The position numbers and the translations under genes were made by a program. From assembly GCA_046543235.1 (NCBI GenBank), contig JBKGZT010000002.1, positions 1-48,403 on the forward strand: a stretch of DNA of 48,403 nt, in the 5' to 3' direction. The notes under the pieces are model-generated. The model was not told the origin of the DNA and made no database searches. It saw nothing but the letters and a program-made list of their open reading frames with translations. The first letter of the stretch is position 1; each line of letters begins with the position of its first letter. The DNA is from Candidatus Acetothermia bacterium (GTDB lineage Bacteria > Bipolaricaulota > Bipolaricaulia > M55B111). Positions 9,831 to 18,666 of the stretch are shown here, one piece after another.

Positions 9831-9995
9831 ATGGTCAGCTGTCCCGAATGCGCTACGGAAATCGATCTTCCGGACGACACGATCAAGAACGAGATCCTCG
9901 ATTGCCCCACCTGCGGCCTTGAACTGGAAGTGGTGAGCCTGGACCCGGCCGAGGTCGACCTGGCTCCCGAAGAAGAAGAAGACTGGGGGGAGTAA
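9831..9995 (+). CDS. lysW: LysW amino-group carrier protein (alpha-aminoadipate/glutamate carrier), 54 aa
   Basis: Found by eye; below the ORF-track cutoff. AGGAGGTG RBS at 9817-9824. Translation: MVSCPECATEIDLPDDTIKNEILDCPTCGLELEVVSLDPAEVDLAPEEEEDWGE. It has two CPxC zinc-ribbon knuckles and the diagnostic acidic tail ending EDWGE. It lies immediately upstream of the LysX-type ligases. Confidence 0.9.
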   Translation: MVSCPECATEIDLPDDTIKNEILDCPTCGLELEVVSLDPAEVDLAPEEEEDWGE

Positions 9996-9996
9996 G

Positions 9997-10875
9997 TTGA
10001 AGATAAACCTGGGGGTGCTGGCTTCGAGGATCAGGCTGGAGGAAAAGCTGCTGATTAAGGAAGCAAGAAAGCGTCAGGAAGTGAGCCTGACTATCGTCGA
10101 CCCAAGAGAATTTACCTGGGGTGAAACCGACTTGAGTCACCTGGACGTGTTGCTGGACCGGGAGATATCCCAGTCCAGGGCTTATCATATAATGGAACTA
10201 TTGACGGGGACGGGCGTTACTCTCGTCAACGACTTTCAGACCGTTCAGCTATGTGGCGACAAGGCATTTACCTCGGTAAAACTCAAAAAAGAGGGTGTAC
10301 CCACTCCCGACTTCAGGGTCGCCTTTGACAGGAAAAGCGCCCTCAGGGCGATTGAAGACATCGGCTACCCCGCGGTGTTAAAACCGGTAGATGGGTCCTG
10401 GGGTAGAATGGTGTCCAAAATAGACAACAAGGAAGCCGCGGAGGCAACGCTGGAACACAAATCACAGCTTAACTCGCATTACCATTCGATATACTACGTT
10501 CAGGACTTCGTAGAAACCGGCAAAAAGGACATCCGAGCCTTCGTCCTGGGAAACGAGGTCATAGGCGCGGCCTACCGGGAATCGGATCACTGGATCACAA
10601 ACGCGGCCCGCGGAGGAGAATCCCGACCTTACCCGGTGACGGAGGAACTGGAGAATATAGTGAAGGCCACCAGCGAAGTATTTGGTGGAGGAGCCCTGGC
10701 AGTCGACCTGCTGGAAAGTGAAAGAGGATTACTGATAAACGAAGTGAACTGTTCTATGGAATTCAAGGAGTCCATGAAGGTAATAGACCGCGACATACCT
10801 GCGGATCTGCTCGACTACACTCTCGAGCAGGCTGAGGTCTCCGAGGAGGTTACCCGAGACAGATGTCTAGTCTGA
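9997..10875 (+). CDS. RimK/LysX-family ATP-grasp ligase, paralog 1 (LysX- or ArgX-type LysW ligase)
   Basis: TTG start 4 nt after a GGGGGGAG RBS. LysX-like motifs: [40 protein letters not shown]. It is the more divergent of the two tandem copies, roughly half identical to paralog 2 by eye. Confidence 0.85.
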   Translation: MKINLGVLASRIRLEEKLLIKEARKRQEVSLTIVDPREFTWGETDLSHLDVLLDREISQSRAYHIMELLTGTGVTLVNDFQTVQLCGDKAFTSVKLKKEGVPTPDFRVAFDRKSALRAIEDIGYPAVLKPVDGSWGRMVSKIDNKEAAEATLEHKSQLNSHYHSIYYVQDFVETGKKDIRAFVLGNEVIGAAYRESDHWITNAARGGESRPYPVTEELENIVKATSEVFGGGALAVDLLESERGLLINEVNCSMEFKESMKVIDRDIPADLLDYTLEQAEVSEEVTRDRCLV

Positions 10876-11717
10876 ATTTAGGTCTTCTCTTTTCCCGAAT
10901 CAGGGTCGAGGAGAAGAAATTGATCAAAGAGGCGGAAAAGCGAGGTCACGATGTGAGCCGGGTAGATAGTCGAGAGCTGGTCTTCGACTTCGACGAGGAT
11001 TACGAACTGGACGTCCTGCTGGAGCGGGACGTATCTCACTCTCGAGCCCTCTATACCCTAAACCTTTTCGAAAACGGCAACGTTCCGACAGTAAATTCTT
11101 ATAAAACGGCAAGGATCTGCGGTGACAAAATCGCCACCACCAAAGCTTTGCGTGATGCCGGTGTGCCAACTCCCGACGTGAAAGTAGCTTTTACGAAGGA
11201 AAGTGCTCTGGAAGCAATAGAAGAAATGGGTTACCCGGCCGTCTTAAAACCGGTGACTGGTTCATGGGGCAGGTTACTGGCCAAGGTCAACGACCGGGAC
11301 TCGGCAGAAGCCATTTTGGAACACAAGAGCCAGCTCGGTTCCTACTACCACAAGATATTCTACATCCAGGAGTACGTGGACAAACCTAACCGAGACATCA
11401 GGGCTTTCGTCGTCGGTGACGAGACGATCGGTGCAATTTACCGGGAGTCCGACCACTGGATCACGAATACTGCCCAGGGCGGCGAGGCGACAAACTGTCC
11501 AGTAACCGACGAAATAGACCGGATATGTCAGGATGCAGCGGAAGCAGTCGGAGGAGGAATTCTGGCCGTTGACCTGCTCGAAGGAGAAGACGGCCTCACC
11601 GTGGCCGAAGTGAATTACACCGTGGAATTCAAGAACAGTATAGAGCCGACCGGCGTCGATATTCCCGGTAAGATAATCGATTACGTCGAGAAGGTCGGGG
11701 AGGGCGAAGGGCGATGA
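10863..11717 (+). CDS. lysX: RimK/LysX-family ATP-grasp ligase, paralog 2 (closest to Thermus LysX as I recall it)
   Basis: Motifs: [60 protein letters not shown]. The stop overlaps the lysY start (ATGA). Confidence 0.85.
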   Translation: MSSLNLGLLFSRIRVEEKKLIKEAEKRGHDVSRVDSRELVFDFDEDYELDVLLERDVSHSRALYTLNLFENGNVPTVNSYKTARICGDKIATTKALRDAGVPTPDVKVAFTKESALEAIEEMGYPAVLKPVTGSWGRLLAKVNDRDSAEAILEHKSQLGSYYHKIFYIQEYVDKPNRDIRAFVVGDETIGAIYRESDHWITNTAQGGEATNCPVTDEIDRICQDAAEAVGGGILAVDLLEGEDGLTVAEVNYTVEFKNSIEPTGVDIPGKIIDYVEKVGEGEGR

Positions 11718-12763
11718 CGGAAAAGAGACGAGCGGCCATCGTCGGAGGTTCCGGCTATACCGGAGGAGAGCTGGTCCGGATACTCGCCAACCACCCAAAA
11801 ATCGAGCTCGTCGGGGTGACATCGAGGAAAAACGAGGGCAGATCGGTGAGCAAAATCCATCCCAACCTGCGGGAGAAAACTGAACTGGACTTTATCCACC
11901 CCGAGGATTTGAGCTCGGAGTTTTCGGAACTCGATATACTTTTCACGGCACTGCCTCACGGAAAGTCCATGGAGCTGATGGAGGACTACCTGCCGCTGGC
12001 CGATAAAATCGTGGATCTTTCGGGGGACTTCCGTCTGGACGATCCGGACGAGTACGAGAACTGGTACGGGAAGGAGCACAGCTCCCCCGAACTAAACGAA
12101 AAATTCACCTATGGACTGCCCGAACTGCACCGGGAGGAAATAAAGGAATCGGATTACGTCGCTTCGCCCGGATGTACTGCAACTGCGGCGATAGTTCCTC
12201 TCTATCCGGTAGTTTCGGAACTGAGCGACGGTATAGTACGTATAGCAGTCGATTCGAAGGTCGGTTCTTCCGCTGGCGGCGCCAGCGTAAACCCCGGCAG
12301 CCATCACCCGGAACGGCGCGGCGTTGTCCGTAGTTACAAACCGACCGGGCATAGACATACGGCCGAAATGGAGCAGGAGCTTGGAGCGACCGTCTCCTTT
12401 TCCCCCCACGGAGTGGAGATGGTTAGAGGTATATTGAGTACGATCTACGTCCTGTACGAGGAAGCACCGGGAACCGGGGACGTCTGGAAGGCGCTGAGGA
12501 AACACTACGGCGACGAAGCGTTCGTCAGATTCGTCAACGAGAGAAAGGGAATCTACCGTTACCCGGAACCCAAATTACTGAATGGAACGAATACCGTGGA
12601 GATTGGATTCGAGTTGAGCCGGCGTGACGACCGGCTGGTGATGATGTCGGCGATAGACAACCTGGTTAAGGGAGCAGCCGGTCAGGCGGTCCAGTCGGCC
12701 AACCTGTCCTGCGGTTATCCGGAGAACGCCGGGCTGAAAAGGACCGGTCTGCATCCGATTTAG
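11714..12763 (+). CDS. lysY: [LysW]-aminoadipyl/glutamyl-phosphate reductase (ArgC/LysY family)
   Basis: N-terminal Rossmann motif [14 protein letters not shown], an SPGCTATA active-site Cys region, and a [14 protein letters not shown]-terminal motif typical of ArgC/LysY. Confidence 0.9.
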   Translation: MTEKRRAAIVGGSGYTGGELVRILANHPKIELVGVTSRKNEGRSVSKIHPNLREKTELDFIHPEDLSSEFSELDILFTALPHGKSMELMEDYLPLADKIVDLSGDFRLDDPDEYENWYGKEHSSPELNEKFTYGLPELHREEIKESDYVASPGCTATAAIVPLYPVVSELSDGIVRIAVDSKVGSSAGGASVNPGSHHPERRGVVRSYKPTGHRHTAEMEQELGATVSFSPHGVEMVRGILSTIYVLYEEAPGTGDVWKALRKHYGDEAFVRFVNERKGIYRYPEPKLLNGTNTVEIGFELSRRDDRLVMMSAIDNLVKGAAGQAVQSANLSCGYPENAGLKRTGLHPI

Positions 12764-12777
12764 GAGGAGAGATAGGA

Positions 12778-13572
12778 ATGTTTGTGGTAAAAATTGGCGG
12801 AAGCGAGGCAATCGACTACGAGTCCTTCCTGGAGGACCTGGCCGGTTATGAGAACTGGATCCTCCTTCACGGAGGGTCTCACGAACTGGACAGGATTTCC
12901 GAGGAGCTCGGCCATCCACCGAGGTTCGTCGAATCCGTCTCCGGTTATACCAGCAGGTATACGGACGAAGAGACGGTCGACCTGATCAACATGGTTTACC
13001 CGGGGAAGATGAACAAGTTCATCGTCGAAAAACTTCAGGGGCTCGGAGTGGACGCCTTCGGTTTTTCGGGTCTGGACGGTCGGGTCCTCGAGTGCAAGAG
13101 GAAGTCGAGCTTGAAGATAAAAAAGAACGGGAAGAAGGTAGTCCTCCGGGGAGAGCACAGCGGGATAATCAAGCAGGTCAACAAGGAGCCGATCGAAATT
13201 CTCCTATCCGCTGGCTACAGCCCGGTCCTTACCATCCCCGCGGTTACCTTCGAGGGAACGGCCGTCAACGTGGACGGCGACAGGGCCGCTGCAGAAGTCG
13301 CACGTGCCTTCTCGGTGGAAAAACTGCTTCTTTTATCCGACGTTCCTGGATTACTGGAGGACGTCAACGAGGAGGATAGCCTGATAGAAGAGATAGATCA
13401 CGAGGAGATCGAGAGCTATTCGGATGGCTACGCCAAGGGAAGGATGAAGAAGAAATTGCTGGGCGCGGGCGAAGCCATAGATTCCGGTGTCGGCTCGGTG
13501 GTACTTGGTGACGGAACTGTAGAAAAACCCGTTACTAAGGCCCTATCCGGAGCCGGCACGGAGATTAATTAG
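12778..13572 (+). CDS. lysZ: [LysW]-aminoadipate/glutamate kinase (ArgB/LysZ amino-acid kinase family)
   Basis: AGGAGG RBS. VVKIGGS, HGGS and VNVDGD amino-acid-kinase motifs. Sits between lysY and lysJ. Confidence 0.9.
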   Translation: MFVVKIGGSEAIDYESFLEDLAGYENWILLHGGSHELDRISEELGHPPRFVESVSGYTSRYTDEETVDLINMVYPGKMNKFIVEKLQGLGVDAFGFSGLDGRVLECKRKSSLKIKKNGKKVVLRGEHSGIIKQVNKEPIEILLSAGYSPVLTIPAVTFEGTAVNVDGDRAAAEVARAFSVEKLLLLSDVPGLLEDVNEEDSLIEEIDHEEIESYSDGYAKGRMKKKLLGAGEAIDSGVGSVVLGDGTVEKPVTKALSGAGTEIN

Positions 13573-13574
13573 AA

Positions 13575-14759
13575 ATGGCGGTGAGAAAAATGAATTATCG
13601 CGACAAGGAAGACAGGTTTTCTACCGGCGTCTACTCACGTCAGAACCTACAGCTGGTAGAGGGTTCGGGGACTACCGTCCGGGACGAGGGAGGAAACGAG
13701 TACCTGGATCTCACTACGGGCATAGGCGTCGCGGCCGTAGGGCACTCAAACGGGGTCGTGGCAGAGGCGATCAAGGATCAGGCCGAAACTCTATTAACCT
13801 GTTCACCGGCTTACTTTTACAACGACACGAGGTCGAAATTGCTGGAAAAACTGGCTGAGATCACACCGGGGGAGCTGGGCAGGTCCTTCCTCTGTAATTC
13901 GGGAACCGAGGCAATCGAAGCTAGCCTCAAATTCGCCCGGTCCCACACGGGGAGAAAGGAGATAATAGCAACCATGCGGGGTTTTCACGGAAGGACCCTC
14001 GGATCGCTGAGCGCCACGTGGAAACGAAAGTACAGCAAGCCATTTAAACCCCTAGTACCGGGTTTTAGCCACGTTCCTTATGGAGATTTGGAAAAACTGG
14101 AAGAAGAGATCTCGGAGGAGACGGCCGCCGTCCTCCTGGAACCAATTCAGGGGGAAGGAGGAATCCACTTGCCGCCGGAAGGTTACCTCAACGGCGTCCA
14201 AGAACTCTGTAACGACGTCGGTGCTTTGCTCGTACTCGACGAGGTTCAGACCGGTTTCGGCAGAACCGGGGAGATGTTTGCCGGTCAACACTGGGACGTT
14301 ACTCCCGACGTTATGGCACTGGCAAAGGCGATGGGCGGCGGTGTTCCGATAGGAGCTTCCGTGGTAAGGAAAGACATGGAGTTCACCCCCGGACTTCACG
14401 GAAGCACCTTTGGAGGTAACCCGTTGACGGCTCGAGCGGCCCTGGCGACGATCGATTACATTCAGGACGAAAACCTTGTCGACCTCGCCCGGGAACGAGG
14501 GGAGTACTTCAGAGGGGGACTCGAAGAGATAGCCGAAGGAAACGAAAAACTTGTCCGGGAGGTCAGAGGCTTGGGGCTAATGCTCGCTCTTCAGCTTCGA
14601 AAAAAAGCCGGACCATACCTGGATACTCTGATGGAAAGGGGAATACTGGCTCTGCCAGCCGGATCCTCGGTTTTGAGGTTTCTACCGCCTCTGGAAATTA
14701 GCACGGAGGAGATTGATAGAGTTCTTGAGGTATTGAATGAGGTGCTTGTTAGTGAATAA
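13575..14759 (+). CDS. lysJ: Class-III PLP aminotransferase (ArgD/LysJ)
   Basis: Motifs: GIGVAAVGH, NSGTEAIE, DEVQTGFGRTG, and the PLP-lysine region ALAKAMGGG. An alternative start is ATG 13590, which has a GGTGAG RBS. Confidence 0.9.
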   Translation: MAVRKMNYRDKEDRFSTGVYSRQNLQLVEGSGTTVRDEGGNEYLDLTTGIGVAAVGHSNGVVAEAIKDQAETLLTCSPAYFYNDTRSKLLEKLAEITPGELGRSFLCNSGTEAIEASLKFARSHTGRKEIIATMRGFHGRTLGSLSATWKRKYSKPFKPLVPGFSHVPYGDLEKLEEEISEETAAVLLEPIQGEGGIHLPPEGYLNGVQELCNDVGALLVLDEVQTGFGRTGEMFAGQHWDVTPDVMALAKAMGGGVPIGASVVRKDMEFTPGLHGSTFGGNPLTARAALATIDYIQDENLVDLARERGEYFRGGLEEIAEGNEKLVREVRGLGLMLALQLRKKAGPYLDTLMERGILALPAGSSVLRFLPPLEISTEEIDRVLEVLNEVLVSE

Positions 14760-14803
14760 CCCGGCTGAAGATAATCCATGGATAACGTAATCGGTATTTT
14801 AAC

Positions 14804-14961
14804 AGGCGCTATTAAATTACAGCGCCCTCAATAGGAAGTGGTTGAGAGATAACTTCACTTCCGGAGGTGTTTCTTTCCCCCTCGACGGGGGAAAGATGGA
14901 AAGGGGGTGAAAAGCTTGAAAACTTCACCCCCACCTTGATCCTCCCCCATCAAGGGGGAGG
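14804..14961 (+). other. Array of five consecutive stem-loops in the lysJ to condensing-enzyme spacer
   Basis: Stems: GGCGCT/AGCGCC (14805-14826); GGAAGTG/CACTTCC (14834-14862); TCTTTCCCCC/GGGGGAAAGA (14872-14896); GGGGGTGAA/TTCACCCCC (14903-14932); CCTCCCCC/GGGGGAGG (14941-14961). The last three share G5/C5 cores, so alternative pairings are possible. Confidence 0.5.
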
Positions 14962-15073
14962 AAAAAGTTACAAAGCTTTTGTAAGCGTGTAAAAGTATTC
15001 ATTTTTCGATCCGTTCCTGATGGAAGTAAATTTGAAGGTACTTTCTTGCGTCTAAATTTACAGGAGGTCCAAA

Positions 15074-16228
15074 ATGGGGGAAGTAAAAATAGTGGATACG
15101 ACCCTGCGGGATGGAGAACAAACCGCGGGCGTCGTTTTCGCCAACGAAGAGAAGGTCAGGATTGCCAAGTTGCTGGATCGAGTCGGGGTAGATCAGATCG
15201 AAGCCGGCGTACCTGTCATGGAAGGAGATGAACGAGAATCGATAGAGAAGATCGTCGATGCCGACCTGAATGCCAGTATAATGGGCTGGAACCGGGCGGT
15301 GGTTTCGGACGTGAAATCCTCTATCAACTGCGGAGTCGATGCGGTGGCGGTTTCCGTCTCGACGTCCGATATCCACATAGATAAGAAATTGAACCAATCA
15401 AGAGAATGGGTCCTGGAACACATGACGGAGGCGACGAAGTTCGCAAAGGACCACGGCCTCTACGTCTCGGTCAACGCCGAGGACTCGACCCGCTCGGATT
15501 TCGGCTTTCTGGTGGAGTTCGCGAAGCGGGCAAAAGAGGCAGGGGCCGACAGGCTCAGGTACTGCGATACCGTCGGAATAATGACCCCACTGAAGATCCA
15601 CAAGGATATCAAGAACCTGAAAAGCGAAGTCGACATAGATATAGAGATGCATACTCACAACGACTTTGGCCTGGCAGCTGCCAATGCCCTTACCGGCGTA
15701 AAAGGAGGGGCAAAATACGTCGGCACCACGGTAAACGGTCTGGGAGAGAGGGCCGGCAATGCCCCTCTTGAAGAGGTCGTTATGGCGTTAAAACACCTGG
15801 AGGATATGGATCTGGGGTTCTACACGAGTGACTTCCTGGAACTCTCCGAGTACGTCGCCCAGGCGTCGGCACAGGACCTACCGGTCTCCAAGGCAATCGT
15901 CGGCTCAAACACGTTCGCACACGAGTCCGGAATTCATGCCGACGGCGTATTGAAGGACTCCGAAACCTACGAAGCCTTCAAACCCCAGGAGGTCGGGGCC
16001 GAAAGACAGCTCGTAATCGGCAAGCATTCGGGGAAGAAAGCCATACTGGCCAAGTTCGAGAAGGAATACGGCATCGACCTAACCGACCGGGAGGCGGAGG
16101 CACTTCTGCCTAAGGTGAGGAGAATGGCCGTCGAATTGAAACGCGCTTTGTTCGACAAGGAGCTTGTTTCGCTCTACGAAGAGCTTGAACTCGAAGAAGA
16201 AGCAGAAAAAGCAGAGGAGGTAGCATAA
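15074..16228 (+). CDS. NifV/AksA-type LeuA-family condensing enzyme (homocitrate synthase or Re-citrate synthase-like), 384 aa
   Basis: AGGAGG RBS. Motifs: DTTLRDGEQTAGV, IEAGVPVMEGDE, HTHNDFGLAAAN, NGLGERAGNAPLEE, HESGIH. Its length and the lack of a LeuA regulatory domain resemble NifV. Confidence 0.8.
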   Translation: MGEVKIVDTTLRDGEQTAGVVFANEEKVRIAKLLDRVGVDQIEAGVPVMEGDERESIEKIVDADLNASIMGWNRAVVSDVKSSINCGVDAVAVSVSTSDIHIDKKLNQSREWVLEHMTEATKFAKDHGLYVSVNAEDSTRSDFGFLVEFAKRAKEAGADRLRYCDTVGIMTPLKIHKDIKNLKSEVDIDIEMHTHNDFGLAAANALTGVKGGAKYVGTTVNGLGERAGNAPLEEVVMALKHLEDMDLGFYTSDFLELSEYVAQASAQDLPVSKAIVGSNTFAHESGIHADGVLKDSETYEAFKPQEVGAERQLVIGKHSGKKAILAKFEKEYGIDLTDREAEALLPKVRRMAVELKRALFDKELVSLYEELELEEEAEKAEEVA

Positions 16229-16230
16229 TT

Positions 16231-17496
16231 TTGACCACACGGACAGCAATGACGGTTTCGGAAAAGATTTTAACCCAAAAGACCGGAAAGAAAGTCGAAG
16301 CAGGTGAGATAGTCGTCGCAGATCTCGACTTGATGATGTTCCACGACGGCACTTTTCATCTGGTAACAGAAGCCTGGCACGAACTGGAGAACGGCAAAGT
16401 GGCCAAGCCTGAGAGCGTAGTGATGGTAATAGACCATAGCGCGCCTCCGCCGACCGCGAGCGCCGCCAACCTTCATAACCAGTTACGGGACTTCGCGGAG
16501 GAACACGATCTCAAGCTCTACGACTCCGGGGAAGGTATCTGCCACCAGCTAGTACCGGAGGGCGGACACGTAGTACCCGGTGATCTGGTTGTCGGAGCCG
16601 ACTCGCACACGACAACTTACGGCGGGGTAAATGCTTTTTCTACCGGTGTAGGGGCTACTGATCTGGCATCAGCCCTGCATACCGGGAAACTGTGGTTTAA
16701 GGTACCGGAGACGATCAGGGTGAACTTGCACGGAGAACTGAACGACGGCGTCTACTCGAAAGACCTTATACTCTACATGGCAGGAGAACTTACCGCCGAC
16801 GGCGCGACCTACAAGACACTGGAGTACGGTGGAGAAGGTTTAAAATCACTAAGCATTCCCGCCCGGTTCACGGTCTCCAACATGGCAATCGAGCTCGGCG
16901 GCAAAGCGGGGATAATGGAACCGGACGAGAAAGCCCTGGACTGGGTATCGGAGCACTCCGACAAGGAACCGAATCCCGTGGAGCCCGACGAAGGCGCGGA
17001 TTACGAAAGGGTCATGGATATAGACCTGGGAGACATAGAGCCCTCCATAGCTGCACCTCACGAGGTCGACAACGTTTCACCATTGACCGAACTGGAAGGA
17101 ACCGATATAGATCAGGCCTTCGTAGGCACGTGCACCAACGGCCGACTCGAGGACTTAAAAGAAGCAGCAAAGATAGCTGAAGGGAACGAAGTCGCGGATG
17201 ACGTCAGGTTTATCGTAGCTGCTGCTTCACAAGATATCTACCAAAAAGCCATGAATCAGGGAATACTCAATACATTGACGGGGGCCGGCGCGACAGTTAT
17301 AGCACCCGGATGTGGTCCCTGTCTCGGTACCCACAATGGAATCCCCGGTGACGACGAAACGGTGATTTCCACGGCCAATCGTAACTTCAAGGGGAGGATG
17401 GGAAACGAGAGCGCGGGCATTTATCTTGGCTCTCCGGCTACAGTCATGGCTTCGGCAATAGAAGGTAAAATCACCGATCCACGAAATTACGTATAG
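16231..17496 (+). CDS. Aconitase-family hydrolyase large subunit (homoaconitase / 3-isopropylmalate dehydratase LeuC/HacA type)
   Basis: Motifs: MTVSEKIL, VGADSHTTTYG, GTCTNGRLEDL, PGCGPCLG, NRNFKGRMG. These include the Fe-S cluster cysteines. TTG start 10 nt after GGAGG; ATG 16249 is an alternative. Confidence 0.9.
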   Translation: MTTRTAMTVSEKILTQKTGKKVEAGEIVVADLDLMMFHDGTFHLVTEAWHELENGKVAKPESVVMVIDHSAPPPTASAANLHNQLRDFAEEHDLKLYDSGEGICHQLVPEGGHVVPGDLVVGADSHTTTYGGVNAFSTGVGATDLASALHTGKLWFKVPETIRVNLHGELNDGVYSKDLILYMAGELTADGATYKTLEYGGEGLKSLSIPARFTVSNMAIELGGKAGIMEPDEKALDWVSEHSDKEPNPVEPDEGADYERVMDIDLGDIEPSIAAPHEVDNVSPLTELEGTDIDQAFVGTCTNGRLEDLKEAAKIAEGNEVADDVRFIVAAASQDIYQKAMNQGILNTLTGAGATVIAPGCGPCLGTHNGIPGDDETVISTANRNFKGRMGNESAGIYLGSPATVMASAIEGKITDPRNYV

Positions 17497-17703
17497 GATA
17501 AGAGACATGGTGATCCTTGCTCGACAATGAAAAATCGAATCAGATTTTGCTATTCCGTCGATAAAACCACAGGTGATTTCCCCAGCGTGGAAATTGCCCC
17601 TTCCGATCTCGGCCTCGCTCCCAACCTTTCTTTGTTTAACTATGACGAAGAGAGGGGACCGAACCGAGAAAATTCCAGCGACGCGGCGCATATGTTTGAC
17701 CGA

Positions 17704-17827
17704 TCCAGCACTTACCTGAGGCACGATACTTGGTCACATTTGACGTACGTTAAACAATTACAGCTGAGATAATAAGCCCCTTTAATAAGCTTTTAGCCAA
17801 GTTGATAACCCTCAGGTAAGTGCTGGA
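17704..17827. repeat. Perfect 18 bp inverted repeat with an 88 nt spacer, inside the 650 nt hacA-hacB gap
   Basis: TCCAGCACTTACCTGAGG (17704-17721) is the exact reverse complement of CCTCAGGTAAGTGCTGGA (17810-17827), checked base by base. Confidence 0.8.
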
Positions 17828-18156
17828 GAGGGATATGGCCATAACCGAATGGGATTAGATATTTATGCATAATACTCTCTTTAGTGAGAACAACTATCAT
17901 GAAGACATCAGTTTGAGCACGCGAGTCGGAAATTTCTCGGTTCGGGAAGCCCGAAGGTCGAGAACAAGTCCCACGAAAGGGTGGAACCGTGCCCGCTCGG
18001 CCTCCGATGTTCAGCTTTTACTGAAAAGGATTTTTCTGGCGGAGAGCAAAAGCTGATTCAACAGTCGATAAAAAGTGAAACAAAACTGTTCTTTTAACTA
18101 CGTTTTTTGCTAAATAGAAAATTAGCTCAATTTATTACAACCAGGAGGATATGAAA

Positions 18157-18663
18157 ATGATAGAGACAGAACTAACCGGTAAAGCCCATAAATTCGGCAA
18201 CGACATAAATACGGACTACATAATTCCCGGCAAGTACCTGATGAAGATCACCGACGACGACAAACTGGCCGAACATGCAATGGAAGGAGTGGACCCAGAT
18301 TTCAGAGAGAAGGCCGATCCAGGTGATTTCATAGTTGCTGGAAATAATTTTGGTTCCGGTTCTTCCCGGGAAGAGGCACCAACCGTTATCAAGCACGCGA
18401 ACGTGAGTGCGGTCCTCGCCAAGTCCTTCGCAAGAATCTTTTACAGGAACGCGGTAAACATCGGTCTACCGATAATCGAGTGTGATACCGATCGGATCGA
18501 CCAGGGAGACGAGCTTTACGTAAACCTGGAGGAGGGCCTGCTGGAGGATCGAGACAAGAACGAGGAAATCGAGATCTCCCCACTGCCACCGGAGATGAGT
18601 ACTATCCTGGAAGACGGAGGTCTGGTGTCGCACCTGGATAAGCACGGGACGTTTAACCTGTAA
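18157..18663 (+). CDS. Aconitase-family hydrolyase small subunit (LeuD/HacB type)
   Basis: Motifs: DINTDYIIPGKYL, GNNFGSGSSREEAP, FARIFYRNAVNIGL. AGGAGG at 18143-18148 favours ATG 18157 (8 nt spacing) over the track start at 18151. Confidence 0.9.
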   Translation: MIETELTGKAHKFGNDINTDYIIPGKYLMKITDDDKLAEHAMEGVDPDFREKADPGDFIVAGNNFGSGSSREEAPTVIKHANVSAVLAKSFARIFYRNAVNIGLPIIECDTDRIDQGDELYVNLEEGLLEDRDKNEEIEISPLPPEMSTILEDGGLVSHLDKHGTFNL

Positions 18664-18666
18664 GCC

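Noticed and set aside
11274-12079. 182 aa and 132 aa minus-strand ORFs
   Set aside because: They are antisense to lysX paralog 2 and lysY, which have strong family motifs. No independent support.
17810-17820. CAGGTAAGT, identical to the eukaryotic 5' splice-site consensus, within the inverted repeat
   Set aside because: Coincidental in a prokaryotic context. No group I or II intron boundary motifs (for example GUGYG...AY) or intron-encoded ORF are present.
17900-18010. Faint resemblance to RNase P RNA motifs (AAGTCC..., GAAAGGGTGGAACCGTGCCC)
   Set aside because: Only short partial matches. The universally conserved GAGGAAAGUCCGGGC and ACAGAA/GGGUAA elements are absent, and the location inside an operon is implausible.
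17527-18056. 81 aa and 63 aa ORFs inside the hacA-hacB gap
   Set aside because: They have no RBS, atypical composition and no motif. I treat the region as non-coding (see the finding on this gap) rather than annotating genes.
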